Shown piece by piece: positions 23,549 to 36,235 of a DNA stretch of 64,000 nucleotides. The DNA lies in NCBI RefSeq assembly GCF_006345805.1, contig NC_043022.1:7192001-7256000 (forward strand). Direction: 5' to 3'. This stretch comes from Octopus sinensis (lineage: Eukaryota). A program made the position numbers and the translations under genes. Under the pieces are notes generated by a model, which was not told the origin of the DNA, did not search any database, and saw nothing but the letters and a program-made list of their open reading frames with translations. Positions within the stretch are counted from its first letter, which is position 1, and the number at the start of each line of letters is the position of its first letter.

Positions 23549-23882
23549 CTAATGCTTATTTACTCACATTATTTTGAAATCTATCATGCATTATCTTGTG
23601 GCATATTGCCAATCACTATCGTTGTCGTTTAAAGTCCACTTTTCCATGCTGGCATGGAACACACAAAATTTGTTGGGGCAAATTTCTTATGGCCAGATTT
23701 CCTTCCAGTCACCAATCCTCACCTGTTTCCAAACAAGTTAGTATTTTCCCATAGCTAGACATGTTTTTCACAAAAGCAACAAAATGAACATCACTTGTAT
23801 GACATCGATGTCCAGTTACAACCATCATATGATGTCAAGGCAAGGGCACACGCAAACATACTCATATATATACATATAGGCC

Positions 23883-24048
23883 AGGAGTGGCTGTGTGGTA
23901 AGTAGCTTGCTAACCAACCACATGGTTCCGGGTTCAGTCCCACTGCGTGGCATCTTGGGCAAGTGTCTTCTGCTATAGCCCCGGGCCGACCAATGCCTTG
24001 TGAGTGGATTTGGTAGACGGAAAGTGAAAGAAGCCTGTCGTATATATG

Positions 24049-24102
<54 letters not shown>

Positions 24103-24320
24103 GTGTGTGTGTGCATTTGTGTTTGTCTACCTAGCATTGCTTGACAACCGATGCTGGTGTGTTTACGTCCCCGTCACTTAGCGGTTCGGCAAAAGAGACC
24201 GATAGAATAAGTACTGGGCTTACAAAGAATAAGTCCCGGGGTCGATTTGTTCGACTAAAGGTGGTGCTCCAGCATGGCCGCAGTCAAATGACTGAAACAA
24301 GTAAAAGAGAGAGTAAGAGT
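23883..24320 (+). mobile_element. Family A SINE, full length
   Basis: Consensus-like head, body and tail. Confidence 0.9.
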
Positions 24321-25059
24321 ATATATATATATATATATCATCATCATCATTTAACATTCCTTTTTCCATGCTGGCATGGGTTGGACGGTTTGACAAGAGA
24401 CAAGCCAGAAGGCTCCACCAGGTTCTGTGTTTCCTTTGGCATGGTTTCTATGTCTGGATGCCCTTCCAAATGCCAACCACTTTAATACAGAGTGTACTGG
24501 GTGCATTTTAATGATACTGGCACCAATGAGGTCACCAAGTACCTACAAAAAAGACCCCCTCAGCCGAGCTGAGTACAGACTGGAGAAAGGAATTATGATG
24601 GAAAGAAAGAAGCAGCTGTCTTGCTGAAGAGGTGACTACAGGACTTGCCCACCTGAAGAGGGAGAAAGAGAGAGAGATGTGAGGTCCAGGTACAACACGA
24701 ATATGAGACAGAATAGGAAATGCATTGAGTAAAAATAGTGTGACAGATATGTGTTTTATGTGTGTGTGTGTGTGTTATATGATGTGCTTTCAGTTTCCAT
24801 CTACTGATCCACTCACATGGTTTTAGTTGGCCCAGGGCTATAATAATAGAAGACATGTGTCCATGGTAGCTTCAGTGGGACTGAACCAAAGACTTCATGA
24901 TTGGGAAGTAAGCTTCCTAAATACATAGCCAGTATATACACATACACAAATATATATACAGCAACACCCACCCTTAGTGGTTAGCCATATTGAGATGACT
25001 AGTATACTTTACATCGTCGAGCAGTTACTGCTTACATCTCATTCAGAGATTTATTATTG

Positions 25060-25236
25060 CTATATATATATATATACACACACACACATATATATATACA
25101 TACACACACATATATATATACATACACACACACACATACATATATATATACATACACACACACACATACATATATATATACATACACACACACACACACA
25201 TATATATATACATACACACACACATATATACATACA

Positions 25237-25279
<43 letters not shown>

Positions 25280-25480
25280 CATACACACACACATATATAC
25301 ATACACACACATATATATACATACACACACATACATATATATATACACACACACACACACATATATATACACACACACACATATATATACACACACACAC
25401 ACACACATATATATACACACACACACACACATATATATACACACACACACACACATATATATACACACACACACATATAT

Positions 25481-25565
<85 letters not shown>
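25060..25565. repeat. About 500 bp compound (AC)n/(AT)n microsatellite
   Basis: Direct inspection. Confidence 0.95.
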
Positions 25566-25567
<2 letters not shown>

Positions 25568-26666
25568 GAACCAAATACAAAAATACATTTACATACAAAA
25601 TATATATGTGTGTATATATCATAAACATGCCACAAGAATCAACATACATCACATGACCCATGACAAATGATTATCTTTGTCAATAATTCATGTAACAGGA
25701 ATTAGATTGGAAGACAAAAACCTCTGAGAAGAAAAAACATTCCGTCTTAAAATGCTGCTTCGAATAAGAAACAAACTAAAACGAAGATTTAAGGCAAGAT
25801 TAAAGGTAATCGGGTTTGGTCCCTACCACCACCACCATTGTAGGGAGCTGTAGTTGTTGTTGTTGGAGAGAAGAGAAAATGGTAATTCTACAGACAAAGA
25901 ACTACCTCACATTGGTTGTTTATACAGAAGCATACACACACACACACACACGTGCACACACACACATTCAGCAGTAATTTTACAAACCAACACAGCAGGA
26001 ATCTGTCTCCAGAGAAGGAATTACCCAAATGTATTAGCAGCAGACATCTTTGAAGTTGCTGCAGAATCAGCGTTATGATGATGACGATGGTGGTGGCAGT
26101 GGTGGTGGTGGCGGTGGTGATGATGAGAGTAGTGATGATGACGATGATGCATCTGGCAATACTGCAGTCTGTGCTTCCCAGTGGATTCTCTCTCTACAAC
26201 TGCTTCAAAAACACACAGGGTAGTAATAATGGTTGGTATTTACAGTCAGTAGAAAACCGAATGTGGTTACCTGTTCGTGTGTACGCAGGGGTGTGTATGT
26301 GTTCACACATGAAGCTGAATGGATGTTTATGTGTCTAAGTGATTGTGTGTCTGAGTGTGTGCACGTGCATGTGTGCAAATATCAGTGTTAAGGTGTGTGT
26401 GTGGACAGTTTGTTAAAGGGAGGAACTGAGTGAAGAAGGGTTTTGTAGTCCAAGGTGAGGTAATGAGAGGTGAAGGTGGTCATTGTAGCCCAGGTGAGGA
26501 TGTTCACTCTGGTCCATGAAATAAAAAGAAAGGGAAGTAATGCTGATAGTGTGTGAGGGAGAGGTGGAGAGGGTAAGCGTTTTGAAAAGCTAAAGTATTT
26601 TGAAATACTTAACAATTTGTCACTGAAGAAACTTCAATGCGGGTAGCTTGACTTACTAGAAATAAC

Positions 26667-27077
26667 TACTCTTTACTCTTTTTACTTGTTTCAGTCATTT
26701 GACTGCGGCCATGCTGGAGCACCGCCTTTAGTCGAGCAAATCGACCCCGGGACTTATTCTTTGTAAGCCCAGTACTTATTCTATCGGTCTCTTTTGCCGA
26801 ACCGCTAAGTGACAGGGACGTAAACACACCAGCATGGGTTGTCAAGCAATGCTAGGGGAACAAACACAGACACACAAACATATTCACACACACTTATATA
26901 TATATACATATATACGACAGGCTTCATTCAGTTTCCGTCTACCAAATCCACTCACAAGGCATTGGTCGGCCCGGGGCTATAGCAGAAGACACTTGCCCAA
27001 GATGCCACGCAGTGGGACTGAACCCGGAACCATGTGGTTGGTTAGCAAGCTACTTACCACACAGCCACTCCTGCGCC
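26667..27077 (-). mobile_element. Family A SINE, full length
   Basis: Consensus-like. Confidence 0.9.
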
Positions 27078-27650
27078 TATGTCTTTCTCAAATCAAACTT
27101 TACTATCTTAAAAAGAAAGGATACATTGGAGAGTGTATTGCTTGATAAAAAATAGGTTGGATGGTCATATTGGACTCAGAACCAGACACCTACATCCGAC
27201 TACCATCTTGTTACACTGAACCCTCATACATCATTGTATGCCAGTGTGTATAATAAGGTCATCTTAGTTTATCTGTAAGCTACAGATGATGCTCAATCAG
27301 AGCTGACTGGGTTCAAGTCACCTCCACAGGCATTCTAACCCTCTCATTACTCATATTTTGTGTAAAGCTTCAGGCCCCACACTGGCATCGGATATAGGGT
27401 GGACAATTTGAGAGGCGCCAAAGGACTGTATCAAGTCCCAGTGTTTGATCTGGCTTGATTTCTATAGCTGGATACCTTTCCTTATACCAACCACTTTACA
27501 AAGTGGACCGGGTGATTTTTTTTTTCATGACATCTGGATCAGTAAGGTCACCAAGTAACTTGCGAGACAAAGAAAAAGGTCCTTCGAGTAAGTGGGGCTG
27601 TAGTAGAGAGGGCAGTGGCTTTATGCCAGGTGTTGAGAGGTTCAAGTATA

Positions 27651-27879
27651 TTAACCCTTTCGTTACTGAATTTATTCTGAGATGCCCAGTGTTTCTTCCA
27701 ATTATTTTAAATATAACAAAGAATTCAATAAAATAACATCGTTATCATTAAGCTAGAGTTAGGGACATAAATTGTGACTTAGGTTTGGTGGAAGGATTTA
27801 ATTCAGAACTTTTGAAAATCAGACATTTGTACTAAAGAGCCAGAGCTGGTTTCAGCCGGGTTGGTAACGAAAGGGTTAA
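27651..27879. mobile_element. piggyBac-like MITE type 1
   Basis: TTAACCCTTTCGTTAC...GTAACGAAAGGGTTAA. Confidence 0.8.
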
Positions 27880-28324
27880 GCCTCCAAAATAATGAAAACT
27901 CATGAGTCTATTCAATCAGGACTAAACAACAACATACATAAGATAAAAACATAAAACATTTTATAAGTTATTCTCCACAACGACATATACAGGCACCAGA
28001 TCCAACCACTGCAATGTTATACATATGCACCAGAACCACAGATCGCATGAGTTATGTCTATTTCTTTGGCTGACAAACTGAATGTCTTGTGCAATTCAGT
28101 CCCAATGTTTTTGCAATTCCTGGTAAGCATCTGGTCCGATTGCCTCAAGTTGGTAAATACATTTGGAATGGAAATTGGTATAGGGAAACAGCATGGAAGC
28201 CCACCGCCTATATATTTATATGTCTTTAGATATTTTTTCAGAGATGTATATCAGTGGAATATGTAAATATAGCAAGAAAACTGACAAAACAGTGCTTTTG
28301 AATATAACTACCTCGAGTGTTATG

Positions 28325-28635
28325 TGAAGGCACACAGCTTAGAGGTTAGGGATAATCGGCTCATGATTGTAAGGTCATGAGTTCACTTCCTGGGGACGTG
28401 TTGTGTCCTTGACCAAGACACATTATTTCATGTTGCTTCAGTCCACTTGGCTGGCAAAAAATGAGTAGTACCTGTAATTCAAAGGGTCAGAATTGCTCCA
28501 TTCTGTGTCTTACTGGATCTCCCTGAGAACTACATTAAGGGTGCTCAACCACCTGCACATTAATTCCATGAATAGGTTGTTCCATTGATTGAATCAACTA
28601 GAACCCTCATCGACATAACCGACAGAATGGTCATG
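28325..28635 (+). mobile_element. Diverged family D (CORE-like) SINE
   Basis: tRNA-like head, TGTGTCCTTGACCAAGACAC core, 3' part CCCTGAGAACTACATTAAGGG shared with the 16271 copy. Confidence 0.65.
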
Positions 28636-29412
28636 ACCTTGTGTGGTATTTGGTTTTGCCAAGTTCCATAGACTCTCGCTTATCACTTTTGATAGTGGGA
28701 CCAACCAATAACACTATTCACAGAGTGAGATACAAACAAAAGATTGATCTCTTTGACCACAGCACACTTGGCACTATACAACACATACCCCCACACATCA
28801 ATAATGACACAATGGTTCAACTCCCAGCAAGTCCCCAGTTTTGTTTACCTTTCATAGAAGCATTTTTGTATCAGCATCCATCCACACTTTATAAAAATAA
28901 AACATGTAAACAAATATTGATTTATCACCCACAAACAGACAGACAAGAGTGTAAAGAATAGAATCTTGACCTTTCATGATCGGGGATGATCTGTCAATCT
29001 GTAATCAACTTACATTGACCTTTTACAATAGAAATATCTCGGTAGATATTCTCCAGTTAGACACACAAAATGGAGAGAGAAGTAGAAGGCCTGACCAAAA
29101 TCTATGACTTTATATGGTGGCCCCACATCTCTTGAAGTAGTAGGGAGTCAGTCAAATGACATAGATGCATAATTCAGGTTTCACACAATTAAACATATAC
29201 GTGATGTGTGTAGGCATATATGTATATTTATCCATATATGTGTATGCATATATAAGTGTGTGTGTGTGGGTGTATAAATACAGACATGGTTGCGTGTTAA
29301 GAAGCTTGCTTCTTAATCACATAGTTTCCGGTTCAGTCCCACTGCATAGCACCTTGAATCTACCAAAGCTTTGTGAGTGGATTTGGTAGATGGAAACTAA
29401 AAGAAACCCATC

Positions 29413-29610
29413 ACATCATCATCATCATCATCATCATTTAACGTCCGTTCTCCACGCCGGCATGGGTTGCACGGTTCGACCGGGGATCTGGGAAGCCAGA
29501 AGGCTGCACCAGGCTCCGGTCTTATCTGGCAGTGTTTCTACGGCTGGATGCCCTTCCTAACGCCAACCACTCCGCGAGTGTAGTGGGTGCTTTTTACGTG
29601 CCACCTGCAC
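29413..29610 (-). mobile_element. Family B module
   Basis: (CAT)n tail and GGATGCCCTTCCTAACGCCAACCACTCC. Confidence 0.85.
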
Positions 29611-30175
29611 ATATATATATATATACTGTGCTTGAGAAGACCTGTTGAGTCAAGTGAAATCCAGCTGTAGGAACGGTGCCAGTCAAAGCATTCAACCCAT
29701 GCCAGCATGGAAAATGGACATTAAATGATGATGTTGATGTATATATCTATGTGTCTGTGCCCCCCCCCCCCCCCACTGTATGACAACCAGTTTTTTGGTG
29801 TGTGTCTGTCCCTGCAACTTAGTGGTTCAGCAAAAGGGAATGACAGAATAAGCACCAGACTTCAAAAAAAATAAGGACTGCTTGACCACAATTCAAGACA
29901 ATACCCCAGCATGGCCACAGTTTAATAACTAAAACAAGTAAAAAGTAAAATGTACATACATACATACACGTGAAGAGGGTATCTCTAAAAACTGTATTCC
30001 CACTTTAACAAGTGATGACTCAATTTGCGTTTGTTTTTATTTTTAAACTATTAGAAATAACAAAGGGAGTTAGACAAAGCTTTGGATAAAAGAAATTTAG
30101 GATAAAAGTGCAACAGGAAGTTTGAAAATGCAAAGACAGTTTAGGAGGAAGCTTGAAAGAGATCCTCTGACATGA

Positions 30176-30403
30176 TTAACCCTTTAGTGTTTAAACCGGC
30201 CATATCCGGCCCAAATATTCTACATGTTTTATATTCAAACTGGCGATATCTAGCCTCTCACACCTAACCTACAGTGACATTCTAAAAATAAACAATCACA
30301 TCATTGAAATCTCAAAGCAGCAAGGCAATGCATGATTGATTAAAAATAATTTGAGTAAAAAAATATTACAATTAACAGAGTAATCTGAACACAAAAGGGT
30401 TAA
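30176..30403. mobile_element. piggyBac-like MITE type 2
   Basis: TTAACCCTTTAGTGTT...AACACAAAAGGGTTAA. Confidence 0.8.
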
Positions 30404-30664
30404 TCCATCACTTGAATCAGAGATAAGTTTGAAGTAGATGAAACTGTTACAAATGTCCACAAGGAGTGTCTCAGATGACCACAGACATCAATGAGCACTA
30501 CAAAGCAAGAAAAGGTCCAAACAACTCATGAGATAGGAATTTCAAAATCAAGGGACCCACTGCATCATGCAGCACTGTCACTGGGAAGGTTTCATTCCAA
30601 AAATGGTCCTTGCTCTTAAATATAATAAAAATCACATAGCCATCGTCATTTTAACATCTACTAT

Positions 30665-30899
30665 GCCTATTTCTTTATTACCCACAAGGGGCTAAACACA
30701 GAGGGGACAAACAAGGACAGACATAGGTATTAAGTCGATTACATTGACCCCAGTGCGTAACTGGTACTTAATTTATCGACCCCGAAAGGATGAAAGGCAA
30801 AGTCGACCTCGGCGGAATTTGAACTCACAACGTAACGATAGACGAAATACGGCTACGCATTTCGCCCGGCGTGCTAACGTTTCTGCCAGCTCGCCGCCT
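30665..30899 (-). mobile_element. Family C SINE, full length
   Basis: Reverse complement of the 5168 copy. Confidence 0.88.
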
Positions 30900-31246
30900 A
30901 TGCCATGCTTGCATGGGTTAGATCGAGTTCATTGAGACAGATTCTCTATGGCTAGATGTTCTTCCTGTTTGCAACTGACACCTGTTTCCAAAAAAGGTCA
31001 TGATTGCCCAATAGCCAGACATACTTGTGCAGAATATTAAAAATGAATGACACAGCTTGTATGACAGTGACCATGATTTACAGCATGCAAAGTCAAGGCA
31101 AAGGGATACAAACATGCCACACACTCACACAAACACTTCTTTCAAATTGCCAAATCCAATGAGAAGGCTTTGGTCAACCAGGAGCCACAGTAGATAACAC
31201 TTCTTCACCAAAGTGTGGATCTGAACCAAAGACCATATATATATAT

Positions 31247-31664
31247 TACTAGCAGCATAGTCCGGCGTTGCCCGGGTATGTAAGAGACCCTAGTAGGCAA
31301 CGGCTAATCCCAATCGTGTCCTTTCTCTCTAAGGAACGAAGGCGCATGTGTAGGTTGCAATGTCTTCTCTTCATTCGAATACTTCTGTGTATACGATGTT
31401 CCTAGCTGTCCCTTTGGGCGATAAAAAGGTCGAGTTGTGTCCCCTAGACAGAAAATGTGTTGCATATAAAAAGCTTAGATTCTCGACCCCATGTCGAATT
31501 TATCGATTTTTTCAGAACTGGGGGAACTTTTCAAAATTTTCACTGCGTCAGTTGGGCTATGTGTGTGTCAAGTTTCATCAGAATCGGTTGAAAGCCGTGG
31601 TCAGGGTGAGGGTACAACCTGACAGACACACAGACAGACAAACTGCCGTTTATATATAGAGAGA
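31247..31664 (+). mobile_element. Non-autonomous Helentron/Helitron-type element (HINE-like)
   Basis: 5' TACTAGCAGCATAGTCCGGCGTTGCCCGGG hairpin; 3' (GACA)n then TTTATATATAGAGAGAT, the architecture typical of HINE/DINE-like elements. Confidence 0.6.
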
Positions 31665-31995
31665 TTTAGGAGTCGGCCATAACCAGGTGAAACTAGTTGA
31701 AGTTCTTTGGTTTATTCTACAGAGAAAGCTCTGTGGTTTAACATAGGGTCTGAATGCAGGCATGGAAATTTATACACACACGGAACCCTGTTGAGTAGTC
31801 AGTGCCATAGAACTATGGTAAATACTGACTGGAGAGGGAGAAATAGAGAGAAAAATGGTTAGACAAACAGAGGAGTATACAAAAAGAGAAATTACAAATG
31901 AATTAGATGCTTGGCATTAAATTTCATAGAATTACTTTGACCTTGTCAGAAGTTTAACATCAACAATGACCTTTGATGTAAACAGTAACTTAGAT

Positions 31996-32219
31996 CAGTG
32001 GTTCTGAACCCATTTTTCTTTTTTACCTATAGACCCTTTTGGTTCCTATTTCATTCTACTTGAGCCCTCACAGGGCTTCAAACATTTTTATGATTAAATA
32101 TTAGGAATTGTATGAAAACAATTGTTGAGATATTTTGTGTATTGAAGAAATTTAACCAATTTTATTGCACCTGAATTTTAACAGCAAAATCTTATGTGGA
32201 CCCCAGGTGAGAACCACTG
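31996..32219. mobile_element. hAT-like MITE
   Basis: TIR CAGTGGTTCT / AGAACCACTG; 8-bp flanks ACTTAGAT / GTTTAGAT. Confidence 0.75.
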
Positions 32220-32365
32220 GTTTAGATGGATGGGGGAGTACAGTAGGGTGTAATTCTGGACTTGATACAACAGGGAGGTTGTGAGATATATGCATGGGTA
32301 GAGGCAAATAGTGCACCTGAGTTTTGTTAAGTGCAGATGACTTCATTCAAGTGGCCCCCAATGTG

Positions 32366-32777
32366 GTTTAGTTAGTTAGTTAGTTAGTTAATTTGGCTCA
32401 AAAGCAAATAGCAAGGCCATGTAGGGGGACATGGAGTTAAGTACAGGGTGGTGTTCATGTAAAGAGTTCAGGCCACTTGAGGTCCAGGGAGGCTTTGAAC
32501 AAAGCGGTCGTCGGCATCTTTACCATCTCGTCTGGCAGCTTGTTCCACGGATCCGCAACCCGGACGGAGAAAGCTCCTCTCCTTCGATTGAGATGAAATC
32601 ATCGCAGGTAGAGCTTTTCGGAATGACCCCGCAGCCGACGCTCTGGAGCAGGAGTGAAGAACAGCTCTTTCGAGAGGTTACACTTTCCGCTTATGATGTT
32701 GTGGGCGAGAATGAGATCACTACGGCGGCGGTGTTTTTCAAGAGAATAAAGGTCGAGCGTCCTCAGCCTTTCTTCGT
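32366..32777 (-). mobile_element. CR1-like LINE 3' end, same family as 4529-4945
   Basis: Highly similar sequence and (TAAC)n tail. Confidence 0.88.
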
Positions 32778-33130
32778 TTAGAAAGAAACCAACCCCAAAA
32801 GTGTATGTGGAGGGTCTTTTTGTTTTTGTTTTTTATATATACTGGATGAGAGGTTAACTAATTTAATGAGGTTAAATAGATGACTGCAGTAGACATATGT
32901 GAAAGGGAACAAAAAAAATGATGAGAGGGAGGGAGTGAGAGAGAGAGGGAATGCAAGAGGGAGGGAGAGGGAAATGAGATAAAGAAAGGGAGAACAATAA
33001 TGAGGCAAAGAGAGGAATAAAAAGGACATAAAGAAAGATGAGGCAAGAGAGAAAGAAAAAGAGAGAAGCTGAAGTCTTAGTGGAGAGTTAAGGGTGTGTG
33101 TGTGTGTGTGTATAAAATATAGTCATATCT

Positions 33131-33297
33131 GTTTCTTTACTACCTACAAGGGGCCAAACACAGAGGGGACAAACAAGGACAGACTAACGGATCGAGTCGA
33201 TTACATCGACCCCAGTGCATAACTGGTACTTAATTTATCGACCCCCGAAAGGATGAAAGGCAAAGTCGACCTCGGCGGGATTTGAAATCAGAACGTA
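33131..33297 (-). mobile_element. Family C SINE, partial
   Basis: GAAAGGATGAAAGGCAAAGTCGACCTCGGC. Confidence 0.8.
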
Positions 33298-33372
33298 GTC
33301 ATATCTTTTAACTTATAAACAGAAAAGATTAACTCACATCTTCACTTTAACTGAAAAGATTAATGAGTTTTA

Positions 33373-34078
33373 GGATCTTTTCCTTTTGAACGGCAGACAA
33401 TTTCTAGTTAACTTAAACACTTTTAAACTTTGTATACTGGTAGAATGTGTCAAAATAAAACATTTTTTTTCTCTTGGCTTTCTTGAGAAAATTGTAATTT
33501 GTTTGTTTAACGTAGTTTAATTTTTGGAATTTTAACCAATCAATGGCCTCTATTGTGCTAAAATCATTTGCTGCGTCTAAAATAGACAACACTAACCCTA
33601 ACCCTAAATTTTAACCTTTAGTTTTTTTTTTCTTAATTGTTAAATTAATTTATGGATAACAATTAAGAAAAAAAAACAAAAGCAATGGAAAATAATTTTA
33701 ATTTAACAATTGAGAAAAAAAACGAAAGCAAAAACTAAAAACAAAAACAAAACGAGACGTGTAACAATTAAATTAATTTAACAATTAAGAAAAAAAACGA
33801 AAGGCTAAAATTTAGGGTTAGGGTTAGGGTGAGGGTTAGAGTTAGTGACAGGATGTTGTCTGTTTTAGATGCAGCAAATGATTTTAGCACAATAGAGGCC
33901 ATCGATTGGTTAAAATTCCAAAAATTAAACTATGTTAAACTTACAAATTACAATTTTCTCAAGAAAGCCAAGAGAAAAAAATGTTTTATTTTGACACATT
34001 CTATCAGTATACGAAGTTTAAAAGTGTTTAGTTAACTAGAAATTGTGTTGACATATGCCGTTCAAAAGGAAAAGATCC
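33373..34078. mobile_element. Long-TIR foldback element with internal (TTAGGG)n, Merlin-like termini
   Basis: GGATCTTTTCCTTTTGAACGGCA...TGCCGTTCAAAAGGAAAAGATCC; perfect 8-bp TSD GAGTTTTA at 33365-33372 and 34079-34086. Confidence 0.8.
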
Positions 34079-34235
34079 GAGTTTTACTCTTCAATTAAGA
34101 GAAATAATTCTTGGTATTTTTTTTTATCTTTTACTTGTTTTGGTCATTAGACTGCGGCCATGCTGGGGCACCACCTTGAACACCACATGAGTGGAATTTG
34201 CTAGACAAAAAATTGTGCAAAGCCCTGTTTTAGTG

Positions 34236-34483
34236 GAATGGTTATATACTGTCAATCTAATAAGAACGTGACAGTAGGGGGTACACCACCGTTGTATAGC
34301 CCTAGGAGGCATCGAACGCCTCCTGACAGCTTCGACACATTTTTTCCCTGTGTCCTTATATACGGACACAGGGAAAAAATGTGTCGAAGCTGTCAGGAGG
34401 TGTTCGATGCCTCCTAGGGCTATACAACGGTGGTGTACCCCCTACTGTCACGTTCTTGTTAGATTGACAGTATACAACCATTC
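34236..34483. repeat. Near-perfect palindrome, 120-bp arms and 8-nt loop
   Basis: 34236-34355 is the reverse complement of 34364-34483. Confidence 0.95.
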
Positions 34484-35280
34484 TATCGCCCCACCACCGT
34501 ACAGGTCTCTACGAGAGATTTAGAAATTCAATATTTCTTATCCTGTTTTAGTGGTTCAACAGTAAAGATCAATGAAATAAGTATCAAGTGGAAATAATTA
34601 AAACCCTTAAAGGTTGCTCCAGCATGGCTACTGCCCAGTGAATGCAGCTATTAAAATTTCATATATCATCATCATTTAACGTCCATGTTCTATGCTGGAA
34701 CAGATTGCATGGTTTGACAAGGATGAGTTGACAAGCATGGTTTGACAATGAGTTGAAGGATTGCATTGTGCCACAATGGTTACTTTGACATGGTTTCTAT
34801 TGTTGGACACCCTTCCTAAACCCATCCATTTTACAGCATGTACTGGGTAACTTTTTAGTACCAGCTGAGCTATTGAGGTCACTATACAGCTGAAAGGACT
34901 ATGAAGTATAGGGAAGGTGGGGAGAGGCCAACTGCATGCTAGGAGACAATGTGTTAGACTGTGAGGGGGTACAGGGGCTAGAGCAGGTTCTTGGAAGAGA
35001 ATCCCTATGTAGTAGGGGAAGAGGAGGTAGAGGAAAGAGAATGATCAGTAGGGGTCACAAAGAGATAATGCTGATGAGGAGCCCAAATGCCCCCACATAC
35101 ACACACACAAGGTGAACAGAAATGGGTAGGAGGGTGGTACATGACCAAAGAGATTGGGGCCTAAAGAGAACAGAAAGGAGTAATGAAATGGCAGGTGGTG
35201 GGGAGATGAGCTGTTTTTACTGGGGCAGGAAAATCTGAGGTCAAAGAATAATAGAAAAGAGTCTTCCAGAGGTGTCATAG

Positions 35281-35503
35281 TACCTATTTCTTTATTATCC
35301 ACAAGGGGCTAAACATAGAGGAGACAAACATGGACAGACATAGGTATTAAGTCGATTACATCGACCCCCAATGCGTAACTGGTACTTAATTTATCGACCC
35401 CAAAAGGATGAGAGGCAAAGTTGTCCTCGGCGGAATTTGAACTCACAGACGAAATACAGCTACGCATTTCGCCCAGCGTGCTAACGTTTCTGCCAGCTCC
35501 CCG
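35281..35503 (-). mobile_element. Family C SINE
   Basis: Reverse complement of the 5168 copy with an internal deletion. Confidence 0.85.
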
Positions 35504-35937
35504 CTCAGTGCTCTAGAGTTCGGCCCACCATTCAATCACAGCACCCCTGAATCTGCTGGTTTTATGATGATGATGATGATGATGATATTGTCACAGCAAG
35601 GAAGAGAGCAGAGAGTTCAGCCCAGGAGATAGTTATGCACTGAAATGCTTCTGGAAGTCAAACAATCCACTGAATGACAGCAATGGACTTTTGAGATTAT
35701 CTCCACTTCTCATATGGTGAAGGTCTTAAAACTGCTATTTGATAATTATGACACAACCTCAAGAGGCAGAGATAATTTTTATAAATCAAGGATTTATGCT
35801 GTATGCTATTTGATATACCTGTATTTGCACATGTGTAGTGTGTGTGTGTGTGTGTAATCACCGTGTAATCATCATATATACACACATATATATATATATA
35901 TAATGTGTGTGTGTGTGTGTGTGTGTGACCATGTGTG

Positions 35938-36235
35938 TACCGTTGGCGATTTTTTTTCCTCTGTCTTCCCTTCTCTGGATCTTTCCTTCTCCTATGTTTC
36001 CGACAAAGAGCTCAGCTCGAAACATTAAACCCTCCTTCTTTCCTGAGCGTCCAATAATACTATATTTGTTCCACGTCTTCGCGTTGTGTTTTTTTGTGCT
36101 TTTCTATTTTTTCCCCTCATAATACTTTCTATTGAAGAGTAGTCTCGAAACGTAAAAGACTTTTCCATTCTTCCTGAGAGTTAAACTAATACACTTGTTT
36201 ATCACTCCTGTCTTCGTCTTCTGTAAATTTGAACT
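35938..36235 (+). mobile_element. Penelope-like terminal repeat remnant with two degenerate hammerhead-like cores
   Basis: CCGACAAAGAGCTCAGCTCGAAAC and TTGAAGAGTAGTCTCGAAACGTA; homologous to 42105-42265. Confidence 0.55.

Noticed and set aside
24977-25661. His/Thr/Tyr/Ile- or Cys/Val-rich ORFs (also near 39841, 41139 and 43955)
   Set aside because: Pure dinucleotide microsatellite translations.
29060-29135. Possible Gypsy integrase WWP motif (KIYDFIWWPHIS)
   Set aside because: Too short and isolated; no other LTR-retrotransposon signal nearby.
33590-33845. True telomere or chromosome fusion site
   Set aside because: Only a few TTAGGG units, symmetric inside a TIR element bounded by an 8-bp TSD.
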